The notes under the pieces: generated by a model | What the model was told of the DNA's origin: nothing | Databases searched by the model: none | The model's input: only the letters and a program-made list of their open reading frames with translations | In this document: positions 1 to 9,945 of the stretch, in pieces | Layout: each line of letters begins with the position of its first letter | Numbering within the stretch: the stretch's first letter is position 1 | Source of the DNA: Eutreptiella sp. 'Long Island Sound 2002' | Lineage: Eukaryota; Protista; Euglenida | Length of the DNA: 64,000 nt | Assembly (NCBI GenBank): GCA_964036045.1 | Contig: OZ038378.1 | Coordinates: forward strand, 88,970,001 to 89,034,000 | Reading direction: 5' to 3' | Program-made: the position numbers and the translations under genes

Positions 1-6
1 CAGTTT

Positions 7-1161
7 ATGGCTGCACACCAAGAAGAGTTGTGCGCGGCACATGTGAACTGTGACCGTGCCTTGGTAGAGTGGGCAGACCTTAAGGAGCACATGGTGCAGC
101 ACTTTGCAACTGTGCAAATGTCCAAGATGTGGGAGGCATTGGCACCCGGAAGGGCACATGCACAGTGGGTCAATGTGTGGCGCGTTCTCGCATTGTTGCG
201 AACGTACTGCCCCGCTGAAGCTGCTGTAGAGCGTGCCATCTCTTTGCGTGGGAGGTTCTGCAGCAATATGCATGACATTGCGGAGACACATGTCCTCAGC
301 ATGTGCATGGCATTGCACTGCAACTTGCCCCCTTTACAGCAATGGGCAAAGGGACAAGGTGTTGCAGTGGCACGCCACTTGGCTTCCGGTGCACGCTTCG
401 ATCTGCACCCAAGACAGAGGGTTTGAAGGAAGGTAAGTGAAAGAGAATCTCTGGAAGCTGCGATGCTGCAGTGTCTACAAGGAACTGAAGCAGTGGCTGA
501 TGATGGTGACAACCTGCCCTTCTTTGGAGGGCCGGGTACACCACTAGCATCCACAGCCCCCTCAGGAAAGGGTACAGAACGGCACCAGGCTGATGTGGTA
601 CACACTGTGGCACCAGATGGGACCCCTGACTCACATGCTGGCAACCACGACTTCATCACTTTTCGCAGAGGTACGGAGTGTGCCACATGCAAGAAGGAGG
701 TTCACATCTGGTGCAATACATGTCTAGTGTGTCATGCATGCTTTTGCGAAAGCCCGTGTCCTTGGGGGGATGTGGTGGTGAATGTTGTAGGTGATGTCTG
801 TGATGAGGGGGAGAACAATAGTGCAGACGAATTGGCCACAACGCGCAAGCCAAATAAGGGGCGCAGTGTGGCTAGGATGCAGGCGAAGTTGGCAATGGCA
901 GTGCAGAATGGCAGGGTGCGTGATTGGACGAGGGTGGCGTTGGTGCATTGTCTTGATGTGCTTGGTATGAAGGTGGCAAGTAACAACACTCGACGGGAAC
1001 TGCGGGACCTTGCTACGCAGCACGCATTGCCATTGTTGGAAGAATGGGATGCGTTTGTGCCAGACACGGACCGTGTCACGCGTTCTGTGGCACCATCAAG
1101 CAGCTCCCAGCCCAGTTGCTCGCAGCTAGTGGATGATATGGATGGACTCATCGATGAATGA
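7..1161 (+). pseudogene. hAT-like transposase C-terminal part (dimerization-like motif) followed by a Cys-rich Zn-finger and a short helical HeH/SAP-like segment; 5'-truncated by the window
   Basis: ORFs 7-426 and 463-1161 are in the same frame, separated by one TGA (424-426). MWEAL..WVNVWRVLALLRTYCPAEAAVERAISL resembles the hAT dimerization motif W..P.L..LA..P.SxAxxERxFS. Downstream are CATCKKEVHIWCNTCLVCHACFC and WTRVALVHCLDVLGMKV..TRRELRDLA. Confidence 0.5.
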
Positions 1162-1454
1162 GAGGATGCCCACGTATTTGCATGTGCCTTTTTGTTGTTG
1201 TGCGCTCTCTTTGAAGATTTTGCCCATTTTCCGTGTTGCAACATTTGGTGTTCTATGGTGTACCATGACCACTTTATGTGTGGATCCGAATTCAACTGAT
1301 GCCAATTGCCATGGTCAGGATGCTATCCGTTGAGATTTCTCCCCCTTTCCCTGTTTGGCACATTTCCTCCACGTTTCCCATTTGGTTTTCAGTGCTATGT
1401 ATGGCCGTTTTGTGTGGTGGTCGTTCAATTTTCCCACTGCTCCTGCTCCCACAT

Positions 1455-1515
1455 TTTCCCCTTTCCCCTTTCCCCTTTCCCCTTTCCCCTTTCCCCTTTC
1501 CCCTTTCCCTTTCCC
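1455..1515. repeat. (TTTCCCC)n heptamer microsatellite, about 8 copies
   Basis: Directly visible tandem ctttccc units. Confidence 0.95.
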
Positions 1516-1949
1516 AAAGCGTATTTTTCCTTGGCCACTTTTGCTGCTTACCCATTTTCCCCATTGCCCCATTGTGGTGCTCAAAGTGGTTTTTATTTTT
1601 GTGTTGCCATGTTTCTGATTGTCACAGGTGCTGTCTGCCGTCAACAACAGGTGTGCAATTGTTCTCCAAACAGGGGGGGGTTTGTGTTTTCTGTTTTTTG
1701 TGGCACCTTTTTTCCTTGGGGGGGGGATGGAAGGCACCTGATAGTGGGGGGGGGGGATGGGTGGGTCAAGGGGGGGGTGTTCCTGTGAGAATTTGGTGTG
1801 GACAACGGCAAGGGGGGGGGTGATTTAAGGATAGTTTCTCCCAATTTCCTCTAGACATTAGACCCCTAGAACCACCTCCAATAGACAAGAATATCACACA
1901 TCTTCTTGGACAGACCGCACACACAACACCCCTTATCAGACATCAGACA

Positions 1950-2757
1950 TCAGACTTTATACACAATCCTGCTGAGGAAGTGGTCGCGGCAGACCCCATG
2001 GGGGCTTTTAATGGGGATACAAATGATCTTGTGGTCACTACCGGGGACAGGTTGGTGGTGAACCACTTGCTGGACCATGATTTTTTTAGTAATGTGCGGC
2101 TAGAGAGTCTTTTGGATGATCTTGGGATGCTGCCTCTCTCTGAGAGGGCGGCCATTTTCAATGAGAACCCCCCCATTGTGGGCAAGCCCCAAGATTCAGG
2201 GACCCAGCGCACAATGTACGGCAGCTATGGGGGCGGCAGCCACCACAAGCAGAACCCCCACAAGCTCCACGATCTGCCGGTCCTCGAAAGAATCGCAGAT
2301 CGTGTGCTTGAGACTGCGAAGAAGAGTGTGGTGGGGGGGCTTGGGTGGACGTGAACCATTCTCGACATGGCACAAATTTTGTGCTATGACCACACCCCAC
2401 AATACTTCCATCGCGATGCCCCCCCTTACACTGTGCCTGATGGGACAGTGATTGTTAATTGTGTCATTATGCTTATGCATAATCATGCGGCCGAGGATGG
2501 GTCGCATTTTCTTTTTGTCCCCTCCAGCAGTGCGAGGTTCCCTAACCCTTGGGTGGAGAGGGCTGTGCCATTCAAGATGGGCACTACCATTTTTTTTAAA
2601 TGCCCTTGATGTTCACCGGGGGTCAGGCATTCCAAAGGCCTCGCCCGCTGGTGTGTCCCATCCTCTCCTCATGGCATTTTTTGCAATTGATCTAACCCAA
2701 GGTCCTAACCTTCGGTTCCCGAACCTGCATGTCACCGAGTCCCTTAAGCGGCCCTAG
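1950..2757 (+). pseudogene. 2OG-Fe(II) dioxygenase, PhyH-like, disrupted
   Basis: Joining ORFs 1980-2354, 2367-2609 and 2452-2757 gives PQYFHRD (H 2409, D 2415), GSHFLFVPSS and FFNALDVHRGSG (H 2614), the HxD...H facial triad in PhyH-like context. In-frame TGA at 2352; frameshift in the T8 run at 2590-2597. Confidence 0.7.
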
Positions 2758-2920
2758 CTGGGGGCGCCTGGTTGCCGGGTTGCCAAGACACTGCCATGTG
2801 ATGGGGTGGCTAAGTGTAAGGGGAAGGTCGTGGCCAAGTGCTACGGCTGCGATCGGGCGGCTTTGTGCGCCACACACAAAGAAGGTCTCTGTGTGCCATG
2901 CCAGGAGGGGGAGGATCAAG
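2758..2920 (+). pseudogene. Cys/His Zn-finger (B-box-like) in frame after the dioxygenase, past one TAG
   Basis: Reads PCDGVAKCKGKVVAKCYGCDRAALCATHKEGLCVPC in the same frame as ORF 2452-2757, after TAG 2755-2757. Confidence 0.5.
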
Positions 2921-3417
2921 ATGGGGGGGAGGAGGAGGGGGGGGGGCGGGCAATGGGGTTAGCATTGAGCAATGTACTCAATGCTTGCTCCCGGTGGCAA
3001 CCACCACCGGGCATTTTTTGTTGTCCGTGTGGGCGGGGTGGGAGGGAGGTGGTTGCCCCCCTCACGACTGAGGAGGTGGGGGGGGGGGGTCACAGGCCAC
3101 CCCGAACAGTGCCCCTTGGCCAAGGTGTGCCATGGGGAGGCACTGCTGTGGCCCACCTTGCAAGGGCATGCTGAGATTAAGGTGCCAGCGGGCACCATTT
3201 TGGTGCTGAGGAGGGGAATGTATTGGGGGGTGGCAAGGGTCCCCCCTGAGCTCCACGCATTGGCCCAGGTGGTTGACTGGAGGCAAGATTAGGAGTATGC
3301 AGCTGTCGTGGACTTCGTGCGGTTGCGGAGGATGAACCTGGTGCTGGACGACCCCAAGAAGGAGGTGGGCAAAGGCATGTGCCCATGTCACCAGGTGTGA
3401 CAAGTGTTCACTACACC

Positions 3418-3550
3418 CTGCGCTAACCTCTGCTCTAACTAGTTATCGCGCTAGGTTATCGCGTTCTGATTCGTTATCTCGGGGGTTATCGCGGGGGTTG
3501 TCGCGCTCTAACTAAGTTATCGCGCAAGTTGTCAGAGTAGTTATCGCGTG
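3418..3550 (+). repeat. Cluster of GTTATCGCG and GCTCTAAC motifs, probable transposon end module 1
   Basis: About six gttatcgcg-like units plus gctctaact; colinear with part of 5455-5530. Confidence 0.75.
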
Positions 3551-3569
3551 TTTTTTTTATTTCATTTGT

Positions 3570-4770
3570 TCTTCTCAGGCCACAGTCCTGAAGCTGCCGC
3601 GTCTCTTCGTCAATGAGCCGGCCGAGGCAACCGCAACAGGAGCAGTAGAAGCAGCAGGAGCACGGGCCGCCAAGCCGGTGGCGGCCCGTGCGGACCTGGA
3701 GGGGGAGGAGATCAAGAGGCTACCGGAGGGGGCAACCCGGCAGTGGGGGGCGGGGGGGGCGGCATACTAGGCGTGCCGGCAAGCGGGGACAGGATGGTGC
3801 CAGCAGGTCACCATCACGGAAAAGGAGGGGGGCCGTGGAGAGGAAGACCAACCTCACCCTCCCCTCCTATGTGTAGGTTGGGGGGGAAACGGCCAAATTG
3901 CTGAATGCCGCTGAGGGGGAAACGGTTGCGGCTTTTTTGTGTTTGTTTGGGATGAGTGGACCCCCCCAACGCAAAGACTATTTTTTGCCGAGGCTGTGCT
4001 TTGTTGATGAAGCATCGGGGGAGTACACTGAGCGGGAGGTGTGGCAGAAGCTGCATGGGCGGGGGGGGCATCCACCAGGCGGGGGGGTATGACCCCCCCC
4101 CAAACTGTGTGTGATGCAACCGCTTCGTTGACCCAAGCGTATGCGCCCAAGGGGGGAAGGCCCATGAAGCGGGGGCATGAGGTGGTGGTGGTTGAGTTGG
4201 AGGAGGGTCCCCCGCAGCCCTAAGGATAAGGCCCCCATCCCCTCCCCCAAGCCATCGAGGGTGGCCAAGGTGGCCCCCCCCCCTCCCCCTAGGCCCTTGA
4301 TCTGGGGGCCTTGGCCACCACTGTGGCCACCCGCGTGACGAACGCTTGCCAGACTTTGGTGGCGCAAGCGGCCGGCACGGGGCCGGAGGTGCACCTGGCC
4401 AGGCGGAGGGCGGCGGACCACAAGTCGGCCTTGTCGAGGGCCGAGAAGGTCCAGGGCAACACTCAGCGTGCCTTGGATCGGGCCCTCGACTTGCCCAACA
4501 AGAGGGGGGAGGAACCGGAGGCAGTGAGGGGGGACCTCCAGGAGGCCCAGGAGGGGAGGGAAAGGCCGAGGTGGAGGCGCCTCAACTGAGGGTGGAGGTA
4601 GAGGCGCTGCGGAGGAGGGGGGATGACCTCCAGCAGCGCGTGGGGATGGCTGAGGCGCAAGTGCGGAGCCTCACCTCCGCCCTCAGTGCCACCTACACCG
4701 CCCAGCAGGGGGTGGGTCCACCAGGGGTGCAGAGTCACGGTAGCGAGGGCACGAATGGAAGTCAATGACG
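3570..4770 (+). pseudogene. Decayed coding region with a coiled-coil-like segment upstream of the TET/JBP-like domain; function unknown
   Basis: Chain of + strand ORF fragments (3898-4092, 4041-4223, 4311-4589, 4346-4768) with E/A/R-rich helical stretches such as VEALRRRGDDLQQRVGMAEAQVRSL. Confidence 0.3.
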
Positions 4771-4779
4771 AGTGGATTT

Positions 4780-5386
4780 GCTCAAGGGGTTGCCTAAGTG
4801 CATTTTTTGTGGGGAGGAGTGATATGGGGCCCAAGTGGACACGTGCCACTTGGGCCTAGTGGGAAGCTACCCCCAACCCCTCTAATTTTGGTCCACCCGG
4901 ATGGCTGCTGCTACCGTGAGGTCTCCCATAATCCCCTTGGTTGTGGGGCTCAATAACTATTGCACTCGCAATGCACCACCATGGTTCACATGGTGTAGTA
5001 TCCAAGTTGTTCGCCCCCAAAGGACGGACACTATGGGCCTTCACGCCCATTTGCGTGATGGGGCGCCCATGGGGGTGATTGTGTGCCTGGGATCTTTCAG
5101 GGGGGGAGATTTTTGGGTGGAGAGTGGTGGCCTGCTGTATCCCTCCCTGAGGGACGAAAAGCGGCACACCCGTGTGTGCAAGGGTAGTGAGGTGGGGGGT
5201 TGGGCATGCAAGGCCACGCTTGAAGCCCCGGTGTTGTTCAACACCCGGGCACTACACGCTCCATTGCCATGGGAGGGTGAGCGATGGAGCGTAATTTTTT
5301 GTAGTGCAGGGGGGTTGTTGCATTGCACGCGTACCCGGCGGCAGCAGCTTGTGGACCTGGGTTTTAGGGTGCCCAATGTGCTCTAA
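4780..5386 (+). pseudogene. TET/JBP-like 2OG-Fe(II) dioxygenase domain, probably inactivated
   Basis: ORF 4901-5386: FTWCSIQVV...LHAHLRDG.PMGVIVCLGSFRGGDFWVE...VLFNTRALHAPLPWEGERWSVIF. Distal His (5255) and the 2OG-binding RxS (R 5282) are present. HAHLRD (5042-5059) is one base (CAT vs GAT) from the TET/JBP-type HxDxxD. The N-terminal part is frameshifted. Confidence 0.65.
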
Positions 5387-5575
5387 CCCCCCCAGTTAGT
5401 GCGCACTAACCTGTGCTCTAACTACTTATCGCGGTAGTTATCGCGCTCTAACCGGGTGCTCTAACTAGCTATCGCGCTGGGTTATCGCGCTCTAATTGAG
5501 TTATCACGTGTGTTATTGCGGGGGTTATCGCGCGATAACCTACTTTTCTCGGGGTTATGGTGTGGGTTATCGCTT
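5378..5575 (+). repeat. GTGCTCTAAC / GTTATCGCG cluster, probable left end of the RAG1-like element; includes the perfect 16-bp palindrome GTTAGTGCGCACTAAC (5395-5410)
   Basis: Several direct copies of both motifs are visible. Confidence 0.75.
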
Positions 5576-6099
5576 GTGTTTCTCTGGCCCTTACGTCAAA
5601 ACCATCCCTCATTTCCCGCTCAGGACTTCTTATTGTTTATGGATACTGCTGTTAATGAGGCCCCGAGGGCTGTGAATGCACCTAACCTGCGGCGGTACAC
5701 CGAGTTGCAATGTGCCAAGGCCCGGCGGTGGCCGTTGAAGGCTGTTCAGAGGCTTGTTACGAGTTGTCTTGGGGGATCCCAGCATTGTGTGTGGCACCAA
5801 CACCAAGGGAGAAGTTTGTTTAAGCGGTGGGTCGTGCACAGCCCTCTTTGCCCCACTTGGTGGCCATCTTGCATTCACAGCTCACGAACATGAGGCCTTG
5901 AGCATGCTACTCATGGCATGCAGCATGCATCTTTCCCAGCGGGCCCTTTTGCGAATCCCCTGCCGTTGTACCCAACGCGTCCTAGGGACGGTTCCGCAAC
6001 GGATCATGCCCTACTTTCCCTAAGCAACTATTGTAAGGTCCACCATAGGCCGCAATAGGCAGCGGCCCATGTGCCTTTGCAGTCAATTGTGCATAATGC

Positions 6100-7273
6100 G
6101 ATATCTATGGCCCGAGTTATTGGGAAACCCCCCCCTAGTGGCGTTGCCATTGTTGTCATTTCAGTTGATGCGACTTCCTTGTGGAAAACATGGGTCACTG
6201 TATAGGGGGGGGGGGGGGGCAAAGTATGCTTCGAAGGTGAAGCTATGGGCCTCATGGTTTTGCATGGATGGCTGGGATGAACAAGCTTTTTTGAGAAGCC
6301 TGGACATCTCCACCAACCTCAATCAAGAGGTGAGGGAGGTGGAGGAGGACATTGTCCTCTTTCAAACCCAATTTTTTACTTGCATTGTTATTTTGACGGG
6401 GGATGGGAAAGGGATGCAAGCATTCGGGGGGGTTGGGTCTAAGTGTTGGTTGTGTAAAGACCCCAATGGGATTGTTGAGCAAATAGGGGTGGAGTCCACC
6501 TCTAGATGGGGGGCATTTTTGAGATGTGTGACCCCTGATAGGCGGCCGGGGGACTACCAACATGCAGCATGCCGCATTCTAAATGGCATTCGAAGTGGCA
6601 TTGCAAAGCGCACTGCGACCATTCTTCAAGCCCTCCCCCCTAGTACCCCTAGTAAGGCCCAAGGTCTTGCAGCTTTGCAGGCTTTCAAACAAGCCCTCGA
6701 GGATGAGACCTCAGGCATTCCTCTGAGGGAACGTCTCCCCTGAGCCTCAAGGGCCCAAAAAAACGATTTTGATCTTACGAGGACCAAAGTTTTCCTCACC
6801 CTCCCCCCTTCCAAAGGTAGTTTGTGGATTGCCTCAAAGAGCATGTCCCCTCTGTGACGACCCCTGGTGGACCTCCACTATGGGTTGTTATGCATGTCAT
6901 GGTAAAGTGCGTTCAGGGTTTGTATGAGCTTTGGAGGGTGAGGGAGACTCTAACCCAAGTGGAACGCCACCGTGCGTTGACCACAAAGTTTTCAAAAGCT
7001 TGGGGAGACTCAGGTTGGTCCCCTACCAGGTGGATCCATTGGTGCTTGGCACATTCCACTTTTTTTGCCAAGAAGCGGAGGAACATTCTTCAGTTTACGT
7101 CCATTCCAACGGCGTATACATACTATAGGCTATACCATAGGCATGGTTCTTACAAGAGGAGGCTGAAAAAATATTTCACGGGTTGGTCCTTGGTGAGGCC
7201 AAGTATGTCCCTCCGCCACATGCGCCACCGCATGTCTATGAACGCCTTGGAGCATCGTAGGGGTGGTTTTTAA
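6100..7273 (+). pseudogene. RAG1-core-like (Transib-related) DDE transposase, disrupted
   Basis: Ordered motifs: IVVISVDATS (D 6167, frameshifted), WFCMDGWDE, ILTGDGK (D 6402), CWLC (6444-6455), GDYQHAACRIL (6552-), SPTRWIHWCLAH (H-x4-H 7037/7052), then F+14, S+16 and GCG at +20 (7112). This matches RAG1 YDEK..CTLC..DALH..YFHKTLAH..WASEGNE, with the last catalytic E changed to A. Confidence 0.7.
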
Positions 7274-7314
7274 GGGGAAGGGGGGGGGGGCAAAGAGTTA
7301 GAGAAGAGTTGGAA

Positions 7315-7419
7315 CACAGTTAGAGCACAGTTAGAGCACCTTGCTCTACCAAGTTAGAGCACTAGTTATCGCGCGATAGCTCGGTTATCGCGGAGTTATC
7401 GCGGGTAGTTAGCACGCAC
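7315..7419 (-). repeat. Right-end module: GTTAGAGCAC x3 and GTTATCGCG x3
   Basis: Reverse complements of the left-end GTGCTCTAAC motif, plus the GTTATCGCG motif. Confidence 0.75.
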
Positions 7420-8939
7420 CCCTCCTCCATCCCTCATTAGGACAAACAACACAAAATACGTGGCGCAAAGCATTTTTGGTCTTAACCAATTGGCCTCTTA
7501 CGCCCGATCCTGGCTCCAAACGGCAATGGACCACGAAAAGTTGCTGTGTGCGCAACTTCTCATCCCGTTGTCGCTGTTGGACGCGGTCTCCCAAGAGGAT
7601 TGTCACACACTCCGGTCCCTAGGAGGATCGACTGTGTCGGTTCCGGGCGATATATGGCTTACAGGGACTCTACCGCATACTTGTTGCCCCCACACCCGAT
7701 TTAGCCCCGTCTCCCTTATGGATCACTCGATTCACTGTGTGTTGCTATACACCAAGTGAAACACCAGAAAACTTACAAAGCATGGTCGAAGTTGCAGTAG
7801 CAAAAACACGGTCAGAGGACCGGGCCCCGCATGTTATTGACACGGAAAGTTGATTGCAAGAAGCACGGCACACCGACGACACGGACAACGTGCAATGGTG
7901 TACACATAGTATCCTCCAACAAACATGCATGACACGACACTTGTAGAAAAAGCCGAAAACAGTGAACACTCTCCACGCTTGGTGGACGGCACTCCTGGCG
8001 CAAGTTAAGTACCTTGCATGCAGACACATATGCACGGTAGCACGGACATACCAATCCACCAGTGTATGGCCCCATATCATGAAGCACCTAAGCGAGTGCA
8101 GGGCACAGGACGACCAAGCCCCAATGGCCAAAGGGCACTTTTTGAAGTTGCTGTGCAAGCACCTACAAGATGAAACAGACATAGCACATCTGTACAGCCG
8201 TCTAAACCATCATGTTTCTGCAACATCTCAGGCCTTGACAACCGCAAAGGTCCACACACACTTATTGTACACGCACATCGCAATGTGGGTTGCACTCAAT
8301 GATTGGTGTAGGGCACACGCCCGACGACCACAGGATATGACGCACACATATGCTGACTACGTACAACTCTTGTGTAACCGCGCAAGGGAGTGGTTCTCCT
8401 GTTGGTAACTAGAACAACACGCATACACCACCATGCACACACTTTGCAGTTCTCAGAGCCGCCCCATTCGACAACCACTGTATCTATGCCCGAAGTTACC
8501 TAGAGAAGAGTGGGACCCATATACTGATGTATCCGGGATATTCCACTGTGCCCCCCCCACCTAAATGGCGAAAACAACACTAGGACCCTGTGGAATAGGA
8601 GATTCATCTCAGTGGGCACCAGGCGGCAAAAATGCGACAGCTCACCCAGGTGCTGTGCTTAAATGGGGCACTCACAAAAGACACCTACGCGTACCTTGTA
8701 CGGGTGCGCAATGCCATGGAACGATCACCGGGACGGGCATCAATCGACCACTTGCCTCATCCTTAGCATAGGTAGGATGGGGGGGGGGGCTGTCATGAGA
8801 TGGATCCCGTATGCAAACGCATGCCTTAGCCGAAATGTGTCCCATCACTGTTCATTTGTAGAACTTGCCCTTCAGGCACCTCCACTTTTTGAAGTTAGCG
8901 AATTGGATGAAAAATGCGCGTGGCTTTGCGCCACCCCCC

Positions 8940-9945
8940 ACATAGTGGCTGCGCAAGAGGTTGACAATGAGAGCGGGGCCACCACTGAGAGTTAGTGTTG
9001 GTTGTCATCTACCACGGCATGCAAAGGGAAGTGGCAGGACATGGGCTGGAAGCCCACACGCAGCATGCGTGGGACAGGGGCAGTGGAAACAACCCCTCGG
9101 AAAGGAGACTAGACGCCGGGATGCAGCTTGGTGCGCCGTATTGGAGCCTGCATCGTTGTTGGTGGGGGTCTCCCAAGAGTAGTCGCCAGCGGTGCTGGAC
9201 GTGGGATACTTGCCCTGCAGAAGTTTTGAGAGACTCTATGTTTTCTGGGGCCAGCTCCTCTTCAGATCTGTTCTCCATGTGCCCATCGTCAAATGCTCCT
9301 TTACATGTTGTTGTAACGACCCCCTTTATGCGATGTTGGTGCACAAGGGGGTTGAGGTTGCGTGCTTGGCCATCAGCCGTGTGAAGTCAAGGGCCACATT
9401 CGTGTTCCTTGAAGGTTTGCTAGTACTGCCACGCAGGGGCGAAAGTGCTTATTTCAACGTGCGGCCCTTTTTCCGCTCTGGCTCGTGCCCGTAGACCTTC
9501 AAGGCTGCGCCGACAGTGCGGTCGTCAATACCCGAGCGGAGTTCGATATTGAATTGCTCGATCCACAAGCGTTTACCTAAGCGAGCACACGGTTGGTGCG
9601 AGTGAGACGGCCGGCATCAATGCCTGCAACTCTGTGCAGGCTTGCACCAGCACCAAAATCGTGCCTGCTGGAGGGGACAGCAATGGCACTTGGGGTGAAG
9701 GGTGAGACAAGGTGTCGGCTCTCATCTGCCACCACCAGCAAAGATGAACGGTTGGATCTGGGCGATAAGGAGCCAAAAATAGCATGCCCGGGCCGTGCAG
9801 GAATGGAAAAACCCCTTGCAAAGGACACCGCCCGGCGATATGCAGCTTGATGCGCCATTTTGGAGCAGCCATTGATGGTATCCCAAATACAATAGGCGGC
9901 GGCGTTGTTGGACGTGGGAAACACGCCATGGACTGGTTTGTAGAG
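8940..9945. repeat. About 1.4 units of the ~720-bp degenerate tandem repeat family
   Basis: Marker atgcagcttg at 9120 and 9840 (720 bp apart); homologous to 23742-38770. Confidence 0.8.

Larger units (their letters stand above)
5399..7419 (+). mobile_element. Putative RAG1-core/Transib-related DNA transposon, degenerate
   Basis: Imperfect terminal inverted repeat GTGCGCACTAAC (5399-5410) vs GTTAGCACGCAC (7408-7419), 10/12 match. GTGCTCTAAC is inverted between the two ends. Contains the transposase remnant. No TSD found. Confidence 0.5.

Noticed and set aside
1455-1515. Telomere-like repeat
   Set aside because: TTTCCCC is not a telomere unit I recognise, and the tract is short and internal.
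5399-7419. RSS-like heptamer/nonamer or Transib CAC termini with a 5-bp TSD
   Set aside because: No CACAGTG-like terminus, nonamer or TSD is visible, so no RSS claim is made.
7460-8480. Protein-like + strand fragments
   Set aside because: Probably a decayed TE ORF, but I recognised no motif.
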